A stretch of DNA of 64,000 bases from a virus: the IMG/VR virus record IMGVR_UViG_3300036406_001149. One strand, 5' to 3'. Positions 6,341 through 16,185 of this stretch are shown piece by piece. Each line of letters starts with the position of its first letter. Position 1 is the first letter of the stretch. A program made the position numbers and the translations under genes. Under the pieces are notes generated by a model. The model was not told the origin of the DNA. It did no database searches and worked only from the letters and a program-made list of their open reading frames with translations.

Positions 6341-6585
6341 GAGTTATTATCAACAGGCTCTGAAATTTCCGGAGCTGTTACATTGGCTACTCCTCCATCT
6401 TTACGAGGACGCCCTCTATTTTTCTTAATATTTAGCTTTCGTCGTTGTCTACGAACCATGCTTCTGCTAATATTTTCGCCAGTTATTTCGGACAATTTTA
6501 CGGACAATCCGTCATCATTAAGTACCAATTGGTTATTAACGATAAAATCAAGTTCGGTTTGTGTCCATTTTTTATAAGTTGCCAT
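6337..6585 (-). CDS. Small DNA-binding protein (Myb/HTH-like with AT-hook)
   Basis: KKWTQTELDF N-terminus, helix pair, C-terminal RGRPRK AT-hook. Confidence 0.55.
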   Translation of the reverse strand: MATYKKWTQTELDFIVNNQLVLNDDGLSVKLSEITGENISRSMVRRQRRKLNIKKNRGRPRKDGGVANVTAPEISEPVDNNS

Positions 6586-6613
6586 TTTAAATCTCCTGAG
6601 GAATTGACGATAT

Positions 6614-6654
6614 TGTGTAACTATTTATTATAGTATATTGACCACATACCGCAA
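6614..6654. promoter_or_regulatory. Divergent control region: late-type motif TGTGTAACTA (+, 6614) and sigma70-type TTGCGG-16-TATAAT (-, 6627-6654)
   Basis: Lies between the divergent starts at 6585 and 6664; the strand switch of the window. Confidence 0.45.
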
Positions 6655-6663
6655 GGGCCTCAC

Positions 6664-6837
6664 ATGAATAAAAATACAAATTATCATATAGCTGATTCTA
6701 TATTAGAAGCTAAGGCTGTTGGTTCCATTATTGAGGAAGTAAAGAAGGACCTAGAAGCTATACCAATTAAATCTATAGAAGAATTACTAGATGAGCAAAA
6801 AGAAGAAGATAGTCAAAAAAACCAAGAAAACGGCTAA
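6664..6837 (+). CDS. 57-aa acidic hypothetical protein
   Basis: Manual translation MNKNTNYHIADSILEAKAVG...QENG; overlaps the sigma gene start by 47 nt. Confidence 0.4.
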   Translation: MNKNTNYHIADSILEAKAVGSIIEEVKKDLEAIPIKSIEELLDEQKEEDSQKNQENG

Positions 6838-7453
6838 AACCCCCAATACTATTAATGGTGTTGATGAAGCTGAATTTTTAATAGTACTAGATAATATTAG
6901 CAAAAGATTAGCTAATAAATTTAAATTTGGATATCATGATTATGAAGATATGAAACAACAAGCCGCTATTTTTGCAATAGAGGGTTTGGAAAAATATGAT
7001 CATAGTCGCCCCCTTGAAAACTTCTTATGGACCCATGTTAGAAATCGCCTCTTTAATTACAAACGAAATAACTATAAAAGACCAGATCCTCCCTGCTTAA
7101 AGTGTCCTTTATATGATAAACTTTATCAACAATCAAATAACCAATGCATAAAATACCTTAATAAAAATGATTGCGATTTGTATAACTCTTGGGACAAACG
7201 AAACAATAGCAAAAAAAATCTTATGAGTTTAACCAGTATAGATAATGAAAAAATTGAAATTAATCAAAACATTATGGAATATGATGATATACTACTCAAA
7301 GAATTAATTGATATTTTAGATAACAAATTATTTGCCCCAGATATTCGTGAAATTTATTTAAGATTAAAAAATAATTGCAACATCTCAAAGGCCGACGTTA
7401 AAAAACTTATTGTTTACATAAAAGATAACAATCTATATGACATTGAAGAATAG
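6791..7453 (+). CDS. Phage sigma70-family sigma factor (probable late sigma) with Cys-rich insert
   Basis: Region-2 signature YEDMKQQAAIFAIEGLEKYDHSRPLENFLWTHVRNRL; CxxC insert PCLKCP; region 4 degenerate. Confidence 0.7.
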   Translation: MSKKKKIVKKTKKTAKTPNTINGVDEAEFLIVLDNISKRLANKFKFGYHDYEDMKQQAAIFAIEGLEKYDHSRPLENFLWTHVRNRLFNYKRNNYKRPDPPCLKCPLYDKLYQQSNNQCIKYLNKNDCDLYNSWDKRNNSKKNLMSLTSIDNEKIEINQNIMEYDDILLKELIDILDNKLFAPDIREIYLRLKNNCNISKADVKKLIVYIKDNNLYDIEE

Positions 7454-8258
7454 CCCCAAAAAAAGAGGTCAGCTCAGTCTAGAAGAAGAACAATACATAA
7501 GAGACCACCTAGACTCTCAAACCATTGACCAAATAGCAGAAGTACTAAACAGACATTCTGCACCAATATCTAAATATGTAGATTCTTTAAAACTAGCACC
7601 ATCCTCAGACGATCAGTTACTAAGACAAAAACTAAAAGGCAAAACCTTTTGGCACGAAATTGTTAAACAGTTCGATAAGGAGAGCGGCGAATTAGAATAT
7701 TTTGAAGATACATGGATAGGTCTTATTAAGCAATTTAGAGAAGACGTTTTACCAGCAGAAGAACTTCAAATTAAACAATTTATCACAATAGATATTCTTA
7801 TTAACAGAAGCATGAAAGAAAGGAAACGACACATAACGGATACTGAGAAATTACAAAGAATGGTGGACGAATTGTATGCTAAACCAGAAAGCGAAAGAGA
7901 TACTGCTAAACTGGCTAACCTCGAAACTCAACTATCGTTCGCACGCAACAGTATCGCTAATTATACTAATGAATATACCAAGCTCCTTAATGAACAGCAA
8001 AAAATTAGCAAAGATCTTAAAGCTACTCGTGAACAACGAATCAAAAGAATAGAAGATGGAAAAAGTAGCTGGGTCGGATTAATACGCATGTTAGAAGACG
8101 AACAAACAAGAGAAAAAGAAGGACGAGAAATGGAAATCTTAAGCATAGCAGTACAAAAAACTAAAAATAAATTAGCAGAATATCACTCTTATGCTGATAA
8201 TAATGTGGACAGTCCATTACTTAATGCGGAGATTGTACTAGAAAGAGACAAAGACTAA
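7437..8258 (+). CDS. HTH plus coiled-coil protein, possible terminase small subunit
   Basis: N-terminal HTH-like segment, long coiled coil, position upstream of terL; assignment by context only. Confidence 0.35.
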   Translation: MTLKNSPKKRGQLSLEEEQYIRDHLDSQTIDQIAEVLNRHSAPISKYVDSLKLAPSSDDQLLRQKLKGKTFWHEIVKQFDKESGELEYFEDTWIGLIKQFREDVLPAEELQIKQFITIDILINRSMKERKRHITDTEKLQRMVDELYAKPESERDTAKLANLETQLSFARNSIANYTNEYTKLLNEQQKISKDLKATREQRIKRIEDGKSSWVGLIRMLEDEQTREKEGREMEILSIAVQKTKNKLAEYHSYADNNVDSPLLNAEIVLERDKD

Positions 8259-8259
8259 T

Positions 8260-9240
8260 ATGAGAACAGCTTTAATCACTGGAATAACAGGACAAGACGG
8301 ATCTTATTTAGCAGAATTATTATTATCTAAAGATTATAGAGTAATAGGATTATATCGTAGATCTAGCGTTTCTCGTTTTGATAGAATTAATCATATATTA
8401 ACTCATCCTAATCTGGTTATGGAAGAATTTGATCTTACCGATCCAGCAGGATGTCATCAGCTAATGATCGACTATAAACCAGACGAGATATATAACCTGG
8501 CCGCCCAAAGTCATGTTGCCACAAGTTTTCATCAGCCCACAACAACATTTGATATTAATGCTATAGGGGTTCTAAATTTATTAGAATCCATACGAAGACA
8601 TGCTCCTATGGCTAAGTTTTATCAAGCTAGTACTAGTGAAATGTTTGGTCGCAATTATACAATAGGCGAATTTGGTCAAAAATACCAGAATGAAAATACT
8701 CAATTTTTACCACAAAGTCCATACGGAGTAGCTAAAACAGCAGCTCATCAATTAGTCACAGTTTATAGATTATCTTACCATATATATGCATGTTGCGGAA
8801 TCTTATTTAATCATGAAAGTCCTCGAAGAGGGGAAAATTTTGTAACTCGTAAAATTACCAAATACATAGGACAGCTAATAAATAAAGAAACAACAGCCAA
8901 ACTTAAATTAGGAAATTTAGACGCCAGCAGAGACTGGGGACATGCTAAAGATTACGTAGAAGCTATGTGGCTTATGTTACAACAACAAAACCCAGAAGAC
9001 TTTGTTATAGCAACAGGCACAACGTGGACCATTAGAGATTTTCTCAAGCTAGCTTTTGATAGAGTTAACCTTAATTACGAAGATCACATAGAAATAGATC
9101 CTGTTCTATTCCGACCAGCAGAAGTAGAGTTCCTAAGAGGTAATGCTTCTAAATCTCAGAATTTACTAGGTTGGGAACCAAAAATTTCCTTTGCAGATCT
9201 AGTTAAAGAAATGGTGGAGAAAGATATTGAGAGACTTTAA
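8260..9240 (+). CDS. gmd: GDP-mannose 4,6-dehydratase
   Basis: ALITGITGQDGSYLAE, YNLAAQSHV, YQASTSEMFG, SPYGVAK, ILFNHESPRRGENFVTRKIT, RDWGHAKDYV. Confidence 0.96.
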   Translation: MRTALITGITGQDGSYLAELLLSKDYRVIGLYRRSSVSRFDRINHILTHPNLVMEEFDLTDPAGCHQLMIDYKPDEIYNLAAQSHVATSFHQPTTTFDINAIGVLNLLESIRRHAPMAKFYQASTSEMFGRNYTIGEFGQKYQNENTQFLPQSPYGVAKTAAHQLVTVYRLSYHIYACCGILFNHESPRRGENFVTRKITKYIGQLINKETTAKLKLGNLDASRDWGHAKDYVEAMWLMLQQQNPEDFVIATGTTWTIRDFLKLAFDRVNLNYEDHIEIDPVLFRPAEVEFLRGNASKSQNLLGWEPKISFADLVKEMVEKDIERL

Positions 9241-9493
9241 TAATAATCAATATAAACAATGGCGAAAAGCAGTTTATAAAAGAGACAATTTTCATTGTCG
9301 TTGGCCAAACTGTTCCATTAAAACTAAATTGAATGCTCATCATATAAAAACTTGGGCAAATTATCCAGCACTAAGATTCACAGTTGAAAATGGTATTACA
9401 TTGTGTAAATATCATCATAAAATGATAAAAGGTATGGAAGACATTTATGAGGCTATTTTTTTAAAAATACTAGCAGATGATAGACTTCAGTAA
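9227..9493 (+). CDS. HNH endonuclease
   Basis: WRKAVYKRDNFHC..C....LNAHHI...NGITLCKYHH. Confidence 0.85.
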   Translation: MRDFNNNQYKQWRKAVYKRDNFHCRWPNCSIKTKLNAHHIKTWANYPALRFTVENGITLCKYHHKMIKGMEDIYEAIFLKILADDRLQ

Positions 9494-9956
9494 TTTTCAT
9501 ATTATCGTGGATACTAGAGAACAACAGCCATGGAGCTTTGACAACATGGTTAAGTCGTGTGCCAAACTAGATACAGGGGATTACTCATTAAAGGGATTAG
9601 AGCATCTATTATGTATAGAGCGTAAAAAAAGTGTGGGAGAAATTGCTAATAATATAACAGAAAAACGGTTTAAAGATGTAGTAACTCGCATGAGTGCTAT
9701 TCAACATTCTTTTTTATTATTAGAGTTTAGTTTAGATAACGTATTGAGCTATCCTATTGGATCTAATGTTCCTAAAAAACTATGGGACAAGATTAAAATT
9801 TCACCCAAATTTATTTTAAAGCATTTAGTAGAATTACAATTACTATATAATATCAAAGTATTATTCTGTGGAGATGCAGACAATGCAGAAACCATGGCCC
9901 TTTCTATCATGAGAAAAATATATGAGCTTGAAGGACAGCCAAAAAAAGATATTTGA
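9477..9956 (+). CDS. ERCC4/XPF-family nuclease domain protein
   Basis: IIVDTREQ, LDTGDYS and CIERKK motifs. Confidence 0.8.
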   Translation: MIDFSNFHIIVDTREQQPWSFDNMVKSCAKLDTGDYSLKGLEHLLCIERKKSVGEIANNITEKRFKDVVTRMSAIQHSFLLLEFSLDNVLSYPIGSNVPKKLWDKIKISPKFILKHLVELQLLYNIKVLFCGDADNAETMALSIMRKIYELEGQPKKDI

Positions 9957-11955
9957 GGATGCTTGGTTAGGTCTTGGCGATCTAGATCAAATTGTTATTC
10001 CTCAAAATCCAATGATTCACAGAACAGAACATGACATTGAGCATCCTGATCTGCATTTATTAAGACTATTAAGAGATCCAAAATATATCGGATCTACATG
10101 TAAGTTACTATTTAATATAGAATTACATCCTATGCAGGTAGCGATTATACAAGAGTTTTGGAATCGTCCATTTCCTATGTATATTGCTAGTCGTGGTTGG
10201 GGTAAATCGTTTTTACTAGCTTTATATTCAGTTCTAAGATGTGTTTTTTATCCAGGAACTAAGATAGTTATTGTTGGAGCAGCTTTTAGACAAAGTAAAA
10301 TTATATTCGAATATATGGAAACTATGTGGCGTAATAGCCCGATTCTAAGATCCATTTTTAACGGAAACGATGATGGTCCTCGTCGAGATGTTGATAGGTG
10401 TACGATTCGCTTGGGCGAAAGCTGGACAATAGCTGTCCCTATGGGCGATGGTAGTAAAATTAGAGGATTAAGAGCACATATTATCATAGCAGACGAGTTC
10501 GCATCAATTTCACCAGATATTTATGAAACAGTAGTGTCAGGTTTCGCAGCAGTATCAGCAAGTCCTATTCAAAATGTAAAAGAACAAGCTAAACGAGCAG
10601 CTATGACAGAAGCTGGACTATGGAACGAAGAGCTAGAAATATTAAACGATAAAATGGGTAATCAGGCTATTGTTGCTGGTACCGCAGATTATGCATTTAA
10701 ACATTTTGCTAGTTATTGGAGAAGATACAAAGCTATTATTGAAAGTAAGGGAGATATTAGAAAATTAGAAGATATCTTTAAAGGAGAAGTTCCTAGTAAT
10801 TTTAATTGGAAAGATTATAGTATTATTCGTATTCCATACGAACTTATTCCTAAAGGCTTCATGGATGATAAACAAGTTGCGCGAGCACGAGCCACTATTC
10901 ATACTGGTATCTATAATATGGAGTATGCTGCTTGTTTTACAGCAGATAGTGACGGATTTTTTAAGCGCAGCTTAATTGAGAATTGTGTTGTGAGCGACAC
11001 TAGACCAACCGTTATTAATAGCAAAACTATTTTATTCGACGCTGTCACATCAGGAAATACAAATCATCATTATGTATACGGTATTGATCCAGCAAGTGAA
11101 CAAGATAATTTTAGTATAGTAATACTAGAAGTACATCAAGATCATACTAGAATAGTATATTGTTGGACAACCAATCGTAACAACTTTAAAGAAAGACAAA
11201 AAACAGGACTTGTTAAGGATCATGATTTTTATGGATTTTGTGCAAGAAAGATTAGGAATCTTATTAGATCATTTCCTCCTATCAAAATAGGTATGGATGC
11301 TCAGGGTGGAGGAGTAGCTATCGAAGAAGCGTTACATGACCCATCAAAATTAGAAGATGGAGAACATCTAATCTGGCCCATCATTGATTACGAGAAACCT
11401 AAAGACACAGACAGTCAACCCGGCTTACATTTAATAGAGCTTATACAGTTCGCTAGAGCAGATTGGACAGCACAAGCCAATCATGGATTAAGAAAAGATT
11501 TTGAAGATAAAGCTTTACTATTTCCAAGATTTGACCAATTAACCTTGGGACTAGCTCTAGATCAAGAAGGCAAAGATATTATGACAGCAGACTTAAATCC
11601 AATTTATGATAGTGTTAGCGAATGCATATTAGAAATAGAAGAGCTTAAAAATGAATTGACCACAATTGTTATGACACAGACTAGTAGCGGATCAGGAGCT
11701 AGAGACAGATGGGATACTCCAGAAGTTAAATTGCCTAACGGTAAAAAAGGACGATTAAGAAAAGATAGATATAGTGCTTTAGTTATTGCAAATATGCTAG
11801 CTAGACAGATAAACAGAGCATTGCCGAATATTGATTATGAGGTTATTGGAGGAGATCGATCAAAAATAGTTAAGCAGTCAGGGAAAATGTATAAAGGACC
11901 AGAATGGTTTACAAGCGGAGCTAATGACGATTTTTATACCGGAATATATAGATAA
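9922..11955 (+). CDS. terL: Terminase large subunit
   Basis: Walker A ASRGWGKS, Walker B IIIADEF, GLRA motif, nuclease YGIDPAS and C-terminal KDRYSA. Confidence 0.88.
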   Translation: MSLKDSQKKIFEDAWLGLGDLDQIVIPQNPMIHRTEHDIEHPDLHLLRLLRDPKYIGSTCKLLFNIELHPMQVAIIQEFWNRPFPMYIASRGWGKSFLLALYSVLRCVFYPGTKIVIVGAAFRQSKIIFEYMETMWRNSPILRSIFNGNDDGPRRDVDRCTIRLGESWTIAVPMGDGSKIRGLRAHIIIADEFASISPDIYETVVSGFAAVSASPIQNVKEQAKRAAMTEAGLWNEELEILNDKMGNQAIVAGTADYAFKHFASYWRRYKAIIESKGDIRKLEDIFKGEVPSNFNWKDYSIIRIPYELIPKGFMDDKQVARARATIHTGIYNMEYAACFTADSDGFFKRSLIENCVVSDTRPTVINSKTILFDAVTSGNTNHHYVYGIDPASEQDNFSIVILEVHQDHTRIVYCWTTNRNNFKERQKTGLVKDHDFYGFCARKIRNLIRSFPPIKIGMDAQGGGVAIEEALHDPSKLEDGEHLIWPIIDYEKPKDTDSQPGLHLIELIQFARADWTAQANHGLRKDFEDKALLFPRFDQLTLGLALDQEGKDIMTADLNPIYDSVSECILEIEELKNELTTIVMTQTSSGSGARDRWDTPEVKLPNGKKGRLRKDRYSALVIANMLARQINRALPNIDYEVIGGDRSKIVKQSGKMYKGPEWFTSGANDDFYTGIYR

Positions 11956-11965
11956 TGTGTAACTA
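11956..11965 (+). promoter_or_regulatory. Candidate late promoter motif TGTGTAACTA
   Basis: Identical 10-mer at 6614; 54 bp upstream of the portal start. Confidence 0.4.
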
Positions 11966-12009
11966 ATACTGTAATCTAATTATAATACAATCACAATAAG
12001 ATAACAAAT

Positions 12010-14190
12010 ATGGCCAAAAAATATCCAAAAAGTTCAGCGATTCAAACAGCCTCACCCATAGACGAAAATGCTTATGTTACATGGGGAGAAGATTTACAGA
12101 GTAAAACAGATGCTCTTAAAAAATCATCAGAATCTCTTACAGAATACAATATAGTTGAAAAGTCTACTGCTATGAGGAGATATGGATTAGACTATTCTAA
12201 TCTAGACTCTAATACATCAGGCAGACCAGGATTAACAAGAGCAGACTATGACTTTTTCAGACCATCTGAAGCTACTCCAAGACACATCAAACATATTCTT
12301 ATCAGAGCAGAGGATATCTATCAAAGAGTAGGTTTGGTCAAAAACGTAATTGATCTTATGGGTGATTTTGCTAGCCAAGGAATAAGATTAGTTCATAAAA
12401 ATAAAAGAATAGAAAGATTTTACAGACAGTGGTTTAAAAAAGTTAGAGGTAAAGATCGCAGTGAACGATTCTTAAACAATCTATATAAAACCGGAAACAT
12501 TGTAATAAATAGACAAACAGGAAAATTAAGTATAAAAGCAGCAGAAAAACTATATAAAGCAGTAGCTTCTCCAGATTTACAGATAACAGATATAGATGAT
12601 CTTCCGGTAGAAAAAAGAGAAATTCCTTGGAAGTATACTTTTATTGATCCAGCGTATGTTGAAGTATCAGCTGGAGCATTATCTTCTTTTGTTCAGAACA
12701 AAAGATATGAATTAATTTTACCAGCTAATTTACGTAAACTTATTAATAATCCAAAAACAGAACAAGAGAAAAAAGTAGTGGAAGGTTTACCATTACCAAT
12801 TATAGAAGCAGCAAAAGCAAGAAAAGCATATCCTTTGGATGCAGAAAAAACTCTTGTATTTCATTACAAAAAAGATGATTGGCAAAGCTGGGCATATCCT
12901 ATGGTATATTCTATCATGGACGATATTACTGTTATTGAAAAACTAAAGTTAGCAGATATGTCTGCTCTCGACGGAGCTATAAGCAATATTCGTATTTTTA
13001 AGCTAGGTAGTCTAGAGCATAAAATTGCTCCCACAAAAGCCGCCGCAGCTAAACTAGCACAGATTTTAGGAAACAATGTTGGAGGAGGAACGATGGATCT
13101 TGTCTGGGGTCCAGATATAGAGCTTATAGAATCAAAAACATCTGTTCATCAATTTTTAGGAGAGGGCAAATACATTCCTCACCTTAATTCAGTATATGCT
13201 GGTCTTGGAATTCCTCCTACATTAACAGGAACCTTCGGAGCAGCAGGAACAACAAATAACTTTATTTCTCTCAAAACATTAACCCAAAGATTACAATATG
13301 GTAGAGATATCCTTACAGAATTTTGGGATAAAGAAATAGCATTAATACAAAAAGCTATGGGTTTTAGATATCCAGCTAAAGTAGAATTTGATAGAATGGA
13401 TCTTAGTAATGAAGATGCAGAGAAAGCACTATTAGTACAGCTTGCAGATAGAAATCTTATTAGCGATGAACTATTACAAACACGTTTTGGGTTTGATCCA
13501 GATATGGAAAAATCTAGACTCAATAGAGAACAAAGAGACAGAACTGGTGAAAGAATGGTAAACAAAGCAGGCCCGTGGTATGATCCGACACCAGATAATA
13601 GTTTAAAGAAAATAGCATTACAAACAGGAGTAGCCTCTCCATCTCAAGTGGGTTTGGAACTAGAAAAGAAGAAAACTGGAGAAAAAACAGCACTTGAAAT
13701 GAAGCAAGCTCTTTCACCAACGAAGTTGGCAAAAGATTCGCCAGAATCTTTGCCGGGTGAACCTCAACAAGGCAGACCAAAACTTTCCAAGGATTCATCC
13801 CCCAGAAAAACAAAAACTTTTACCCCACAAAAAGGCGCAGCAATCTCCTTGTGGGCATCTGAAGCACAAGATAAAATTGGCGAAATTATCAATCCTATTT
13901 TATTAGATTTTTATAATAAGAAAAACCTAAGAAGTTTGTCTAACGAGCAAGCACGAGAACTAGAAAGCACAAAAACGCAAATTCTATTCAACTTACAACC
14001 TTTCTGCATAATTGATTCTGACAAAATTATAGCCGAATTAAATAATTTATTAGTAAAAAACAATAATTTTATAGACCATTATAGTGTATGGTTAAGACAG
14101 CTAGCGTCACAATTAAACAGAGATTTAACTGTAGAAGACCAAAAACAGGCTAAAGCATCGTTTTATTCTATGCTTTATCCATCAACATAA
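12010..14190 (+). CDS. Portal protein
   Basis: Directly after terL; 726 aa; portal-like segments LVKNVIDLMGDFASQGIRL and VYAGLGIPPTL. Confidence 0.75.
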   Translation: MAKKYPKSSAIQTASPIDENAYVTWGEDLQSKTDALKKSSESLTEYNIVEKSTAMRRYGLDYSNLDSNTSGRPGLTRADYDFFRPSEATPRHIKHILIRAEDIYQRVGLVKNVIDLMGDFASQGIRLVHKNKRIERFYRQWFKKVRGKDRSERFLNNLYKTGNIVINRQTGKLSIKAAEKLYKAVASPDLQITDIDDLPVEKREIPWKYTFIDPAYVEVSAGALSSFVQNKRYELILPANLRKLINNPKTEQEKKVVEGLPLPIIEAAKARKAYPLDAEKTLVFHYKKDDWQSWAYPMVYSIMDDITVIEKLKLADMSALDGAISNIRIFKLGSLEHKIAPTKAAAAKLAQILGNNVGGGTMDLVWGPDIELIESKTSVHQFLGEGKYIPHLNSVYAGLGIPPTLTGTFGAAGTTNNFISLKTLTQRLQYGRDILTEFWDKEIALIQKAMGFRYPAKVEFDRMDLSNEDAEKALLVQLADRNLISDELLQTRFGFDPDMEKSRLNREQRDRTGERMVNKAGPWYDPTPDNSLKKIALQTGVASPSQVGLELEKKKTGEKTALEMKQALSPTKLAKDSPESLPGEPQQGRPKLSKDSSPRKTKTFTPQKGAAISLWASEAQDKIGEIINPILLDFYNKKNLRSLSNEQARELESTKTQILFNLQPFCIIDSDKIIAELNNLLVKNNNFIDHYSVWLRQLASQLNRDLTVEDQKQAKASFYSMLYPST

Positions 14191-14201
14191 GAAAGTAATT
14201 T

Positions 14202-15701
14202 ATGCAAATTTTTGCAGCAGAAATTCATGATGGTATTGCTGAGAAAATATGTGCTTCTGCTTCGGTTTCTTATGCTTCCTTAGCGGAACCTTGTGAAGTT
14301 TCTAAAAGCAATAAACTTAAAAATAAAACCATAGCATCATTACATGACAATGATTTGTACTATGTTCAGTCTATTTTAGTAAGTTCTGCATGGAATAAAA
14401 ATGACGATATTTTTCATAAAACAGAAGTATGGAATGCTCGTAATACACCGGAAGACAAACCAACAAATTTAGAGCATAATGAAAATTTAATCATAGGACA
14501 TATTACTTCTAATTGGCCTATCGATGACGATGGATCTCCAATTAATAATATTATTGATATTAATGACTTACCAGATAAATTTCATATTTTAACTGGATCT
14601 GTAATTTATAGAGCTTTCAGTAATCCAGATCTTAAAGCTAGAGCAGAAAATTTGATTAATGAGATCGAATCTGGGAAAAAATACGTTAGCATGGAATGCT
14701 ATTTCAAAGGTTTCGATTATGGACTAATTAATAAAGAAACTGCAGAGTATAAAATATTAGCAAGAAATGAAGACACTGCTTATCTAACAAAATATTTAAG
14801 AGCTTATGGAGGTCAGGGTGAACACTCTAACTACAAAATTGGCAGAGTATTAAGAGATATTACTTTTTCAGGTAAAGGTTTTGTTGACAAACCAGCTAAT
14901 CCAGATAGTATAATCTTTACCAGAGATGTAGTAAATAAATTATTGGAACAAAAAAATGACGATTTATCGAATTCAGGTGTATTAGTAAACGAACCCCAAT
15001 TAAATGCGGAGAATATCACTATGAGTGCAGCTGTAGAAACAAATACCGATCTTAATGTGCCTGAAGCTCATGCACTTGCTTCGGACACTCCACTATCCAA
15101 TGAAACACTAGAGGCAGCTATGAAAAATAAAGATGCTGAATTAGTTAAGAAAGAAGAAGAGATGAAAAAGATGAAAGCTGAGTTTGACGAAGCTCTAGCT
15201 GCCACAAAGAACGAAGTAGAGATCACAGTTGCAGAACTACAAACAGCTCTTACAGACAAGCAAACAGAACTTGATACTGTTAAAGCAGAACTCAACGCAG
15301 CTAATGAAGTCATTGCAGCTTACAAGGATAAAGAAGCTGAAATGATGAAGAAAGAAAAAATGATGAAGCGTAAAGCAGCTTTAGTAGAAGCCGGTCTCGA
15401 CGAAGAGTCCGTTGCTTCAACATTAGAAAAATTCGAAAATATCGACGATACTGCATTTGAAACTATGACTAGTCTTTTTGCTGGTATGAAAGTTAAAAAG
15501 GCTGAAATGATGATGGAAACACCAAAAAAGAAACCAGCAAAAGCTGAAGATGTTGTTGATGCCTTAGAAGAAGTAGAAACAACAGAGACAGTTGAGCTAG
15601 GCGTTGGTGGAGAAGCAGAATCAACTGTTTCAAATACTCGTGCAGAACTTGTTGAATTTGTTTGTGCTAGACTAGGTAAAAATCTTAATAAGGGAGAATA
15701 A
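14202..15701 (+). CDS. Prohead protease fused to scaffold
   Basis: N-domain NKNDDIF...KPTNLEH...IGHI...VSMEC typical of phage maturation proteases; acidic coiled-coil C-terminal half. Confidence 0.75.
   Translation: MQIFAAEIHDGIAEKICASASVSYASLAEPCEVSKSNKLKNKTIASLHDNDLYYVQSILVSSAWNKNDDIFHKTEVWNARNTPEDKPTNLEHNENLIIGHITSNWPIDDDGSPINNIIDINDLPDKFHILTGSVIYRAFSNPDLKARAENLINEIESGKKYVSMECYFKGFDYGLINKETAEYKILARNEDTAYLTKYLRAYGGQGEHSNYKIGRVLRDITFSGKGFVDKPANPDSIIFTRDVVNKLLEQKNDDLSNSGVLVNEPQLNAENITMSAAVETNTDLNVPEAHALASDTPLSNETLEAAMKNKDAELVKKEEEMKKMKAEFDEALAATKNEVEITVAELQTALTDKQTELDTVKAELNAANEVIAAYKDKEAEMMKKEKMMKRKAALVEAGLDEESVASTLEKFENIDDTAFETMTSLFAGMKVKKAEMMMETPKKKPAKAEDVVDALEEVETTETVELGVGGEAESTVSNTRAELVEFVCARLGKNLNKGE
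15021..15701 (+). CDS. Probable nested in-frame scaffold protein (226 aa)
   Basis: In-frame ATG with GGAGA 8 nt upstream and a GGTGTATTA motif at 14976. Confidence 0.5.
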   Translation: MSAAVETNTDLNVPEAHALASDTPLSNETLEAAMKNKDAELVKKEEEMKKMKAEFDEALAATKNEVEITVAELQTALTDKQTELDTVKAELNAANEVIAAYKDKEAEMMKKEKMMKRKAALVEAGLDEESVASTLEKFENIDDTAFETMTSLFAGMKVKKAEMMMETPKKKPAKAEDVVDALEEVETTETVELGVGGEAESTVSNTRAELVEFVCARLGKNLNKGE

Positions 15702-15704
15702 CTC

Positions 15705-16160
15705 ATGGCTCTTAAACCAGATCGTATCGAATTACTAACAGATATTTCATTTTTCATGAACACCACTGCCGAGAGAGGCGGCGTTGTATCTGCTGTTACT
15801 AGCGGTTCTGGCGTAGCCATGGACGACGCTAATGCTGTAGTAGCTTATGCTGCTGCTGCCAGCGGAGCCAAGCCTCTTGGCATTCTCTTGAACGACGTTG
15901 TTAACTATGACCTAACCAGACAGCATATCAACTGGCACCGAGATGAGGTTCAGGTTGGTGGCAAGGTTACTGTTCTACGTCAAGGGCAGGTAACAACAAA
16001 TCGTCTTGTAAGCGGCATTTCACCAACAGCTGGTACTGATGCTTATGTTGGCGCCAGTGGTCTCGTTGGAACATCCAGCACCAATGCTGTGAAGATTGGT
16101 CAGTTCTTGAGCAGCTTAAGTGCAGATGGTTATGCTAAAGTCTCAGTCAATATTACTTGA
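15705..16160 (+). CDS. Capsid decoration/cement protein
   Basis: 151-aa small beta-rich protein between scaffold and major capsid; strong GGGAGA RBS. Confidence 0.6.
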   Translation: MALKPDRIELLTDISFFMNTTAERGGVVSAVTSGSGVAMDDANAVVAYAAAASGAKPLGILLNDVVNYDLTRQHINWHRDEVQVGGKVTVLRQGQVTTNRLVSGISPTAGTDAYVGASGLVGTSSTNAVKIGQFLSSLSADGYAKVSVNIT

Positions 16161-16185
16161 TTTTTATCAATAAGGGAGATATAAT

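Noticed and set aside
9922-11955. Intein or intron in terL
   Set aside because: ATPase and nuclease motifs are normally spaced; no Cys/Ser...His-Asn splice junction or LAGLIDADG motif.
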